A DNA stretch of 60,061 nt from Candidatus Omnitrophota bacterium (GTDB lineage: Bacteria > Omnitrophota > Gorgyraeia > Tantalellales > Tantalellaceae): the NCBI GenBank assembly GCA_016783605.1, contig JADHWG010000004.1, forward strand, positions 1 through 60,061, given 5' to 3'. The notes beneath the pieces are model-generated. The model saw nothing but the letters and a program-made list of their open reading frames with translations. It made no database searches and was not told where the DNA came from. The position numbers and the translations under genes were made by a program. Positions 57,785 to 60,061 of this stretch are shown piece after piece (position 1 is the first letter of the stretch; each line of letters begins with the position of its first letter).

Positions 57785-59383
57785 ATGGATTCCATAAGAG
57801 TATTAATAAGTGATCCTCTCGCGGTGGAAGGTGTGGATGTCCTCAAAGATAATAATTTCAAAGTTGACGAAGTTTCCAAACTTTCGGAAGAGGAACTTGT
57901 AAAAAAGATAAAAGGTTATGACGCGCTTATTGTGAGAAGCGGAACGACCGTGACAAAAAAAATAATTAATGCGTCCGATAAACTGAAAATCATCGGTAGA
58001 GCCGGTGTCGGGCTTGATAATGTTGATGTCGGCGCGGCTTCGAAAAAAGGAATCATTGTTATGAACGCGCCGGCGGGGAATACCATTTCGACTGCCGAGC
58101 ACGCTTTCAGTCTTATGCTTTCGCTTTCCAGAAATATTCCTCAGGCGGATCATTCAATGAAAGAAGGCCGGTGGGATAGGAAAAAGTTTATGGGGGTGGA
58201 ACTTTACCGCAAGTGTTTAGGGATAATAGGTATGGGGAGGATCGGCACGGAATTTGCCAAAAGAGCGCTTAGTTTCGGGATGAAAGTTATGGCTTTCGAT
58301 CCGTTCCTTTCGGAAGAAAGGGCCAAAGCTCTTCACATAGAACCGGCTGATCTTGATAAGATCCTCAAAAACGCGGATTTTATTACAATACACACTCCTC
58401 TTACGGATGAGACGCGCCACCTTATAGACGAGAAGGCGTTTAAGAAAATGAAAAAAGGTGTGCGGATCATTAACGCCGCCAGAGGCGGTATCGTTGATGA
58501 AAAAGCGTTAGCGAGAAATTTGGAATCAGGTAAAGTTTCAGGCGCGGCGTTTGACGTGTATGAATCTGAGAAAAAACCGCCCGTGGCAAGCCCGATAGTG
58601 AATATGGAACAGGTGATCACGACGCCTCACTTGGGCGCGTCGACGGAAGAGGCGCAAGTTAATGTCGCCATTGATATCGCGCGTTCTGTCTCGGACGCTC
58701 TTTTGGGCAAAGGGTTTCGTAATGCCGCGAATGTACCCGCGATGGAAGGGGAGGCTTTGGAAGCGCTTGAACCGTATGTAAATTTAGCTGAAAGACTGGG
58801 GTCCATACAGGCACAGCTTATCGATAAACCCATAAAAAGCATTACGGTCAAATATATCGGAGAAATCGCGGAAATGGATGTGTCGGTTGTCACGCGCGCT
58901 TTGGTAAAGGGGATATTCAATCCGATCCTTGATGAGGAAGTAAATTATGTGAATTCCATGATGATCGCGAAAGAAAGAAGCATCAGGATCATTGAAAAGA
59001 AAACTTCAAAAATAATGGATTTCGCTAACCTAATAAGTGTTGAATTTGATACGGGTAAGAAAAAACATTTTATTATGGGTACGCTTTTTTCCAACAAAGA
59101 GCCGCGTGTCATAAAAATGGATAAGTATTATGTCGAGGCGATCCCCGACGGATATATGCTGATCGTAACCAATAAAGATGTTCCCGGAGTTGTCGGGAGA
59201 ATAGGAACATTGCTGGGTAAATACGATATTAACATTGCCGGGATGAGTTTTGGACGAGATAAAAAGACCGGTGAGGCTATCAGTCTTCTTAACATCGATA
59301 GCGAAGTGCCGAAGGATATATTAAAAAAGATGAAACAGTCGAAGGATGTTGAAGATATAAAGCAAGTTCGTGTAGTTGTGTAG
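57785..59383 (+). CDS. serA: D-3-phosphoglycerate dehydrogenase (long form, ASB plus ACT)
   Basis: GRAGVGLDNVD, GMGRIG, PHLGASTEEAQ, DVPGVVG ACT. Confidence 0.96.
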   Translation: MDSIRVLISDPLAVEGVDVLKDNNFKVDEVSKLSEEELVKKIKGYDALIVRSGTTVTKKIINASDKLKIIGRAGVGLDNVDVGAASKKGIIVMNAPAGNTISTAEHAFSLMLSLSRNIPQADHSMKEGRWDRKKFMGVELYRKCLGIIGMGRIGTEFAKRALSFGMKVMAFDPFLSEERAKALHIEPADLDKILKNADFITIHTPLTDETRHLIDEKAFKKMKKGVRIINAARGGIVDEKALARNLESGKVSGAAFDVYESEKKPPVASPIVNMEQVITTPHLGASTEEAQVNVAIDIARSVSDALLGKGFRNAANVPAMEGEALEALEPYVNLAERLGSIQAQLIDKPIKSITVKYIGEIAEMDVSVVTRALVKGIFNPILDEEVNYVNSMMIAKERSIRIIEKKTSKIMDFANLISVEFDTGKKKHFIMGTLFSNKEPRVIKMDKYYVEAIPDGYMLIVTNKDVPGVVGRIGTLLGKYDINIAGMSFGRDKKTGEAISLLNIDSEVPKDILKKMKQSKDVEDIKQVRVVV

Positions 59384-59460
59384 GGGTACATTGCATGTGC
59401 CCGATGTTGGCGCCTGATTTGGTGCCCGTGTGATTTTTTATAAAACAAAAAGGGGTAATT

Positions 59461-60061
59461 ATGTCGCAAATAGAAAAAAAGAAGAAAAATACCATTAAAA
59501 TTATTGATGTTACCAACCGTGACGGTGTGCAAACTTCGCGGCTTGGGTTGGCAAAACTTCAGAAAACGATAGTGAATTTATATCTGAACAAAATGGGCGT
59601 TTTTCAGTCTGAGTTCGGATTTCCGTTCACAAAACACGAACTGAATTATTTAAACGCCAACCTTGAACTGGCTCGCCGCCAAATTTTGTATCCGATGCGG
59701 CTTTCCGGATGGATCAGAGCCGTTGAATCCGATGTTCGAAGCGCCGTCAAAAATACGAATGTAGAATATCTCAACATGTCCATTTCGACCTCGGATCAGA
59801 TGATAAAACATAAATTTGCCGGAAAAATTGATAAAAAAGGAGTTATTCAATCAGTTGTTCGCGCGGTGAAACTTGCCAAAAAAGAGGGAATTAAATCAAT
59901 AGGTGTGAACGCGGAAGACGCATCGAGAACGGATATGAAATATCTTATGGAATTCTGCCGGGCGGCGAAAGATGCCGGCGCGGATCGTCTCAGATATTGC
60001 GATACGCTCGGGTTTGATGATCCGTTTACGATCTATGACCGCATTTCTGAGCTTGTCAACG
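59461..60061 (+). CDS. Homocitrate synthase/LeuA-family (DRE-TIM) enzyme, partial at window end
   Basis: Manual translation MSQIEKKKKNTIKIIDVTNRDGVQT...NAEDASRT...RYCDTLG. Confidence 0.8.
   Translation, partial: MSQIEKKKKNTIKIIDVTNRDGVQTSRLGLAKLQKTIVNLYLNKMGVFQSEFGFPFTKHELNYLNANLELARRQILYPMRLSGWIRAVESDVRSAVKNTNVEYLNMSISTSDQMIKHKFAGKIDKKGVIQSVVRAVKLAKKEGIKSIGVNAEDASRTDMKYLMEFCRAAKDAGADRLRYCDTLGFDDPFTIYDRISELVN

Overview
Chromosomal segment of a diderm bacterium. Gene content and repeat types suggest the PVC/Omnitrophota neighbourhood, but this is inference only. Almost all genes are on the + strand. Housekeeping blocks: mtnA-thiL-tsaE-tsaB-alr; ilvBNC-leuA-aroE-pilD-aroC-aroK; HD-GYP-dprA-topA-xerC; a long LPS/Kdo/Lpt region (waaA, lpxK, acyltransferases, GT4/GT9s, hldA, kdsBADC, queDCEF, lptC/A, lptB); hpf-tig-clpP; serine genes. 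An AT-rich integron island (about 28.0-38.8 kb) is embedded in the LPS cluster. It contains a Pc-like promoter and candidate attI, about 8 plus-strand attC-delimited cassettes (two HEPN-like, TIR, zincin, RhuM, membrane proteins), and an oppositely oriented residual array (BrnT/BrnA plus a hypothetical gene). The integron integrase lies downstream of and co-directional with the main array and is split by a 140-bp MITE with an 8-bp target duplication. Most unusual signals: (1) the non-canonical integron layout; (2) 19-25 bp in-frame palindromes inside four RhuM/ORF6N/YhcG-type genes, with compensatory divergence between two RhuM paralogues; (3) outward-facing AAATAGGG(A/G)CAGACAC motifs that truncate genes at both island ends, with mirror-image strand composition skew in the flanking genes. 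Intergenic DNA is dense with several REP/MITE families, some nested and some supplying stop codons. No rRNA, tRNA or CRISPR array was seen.
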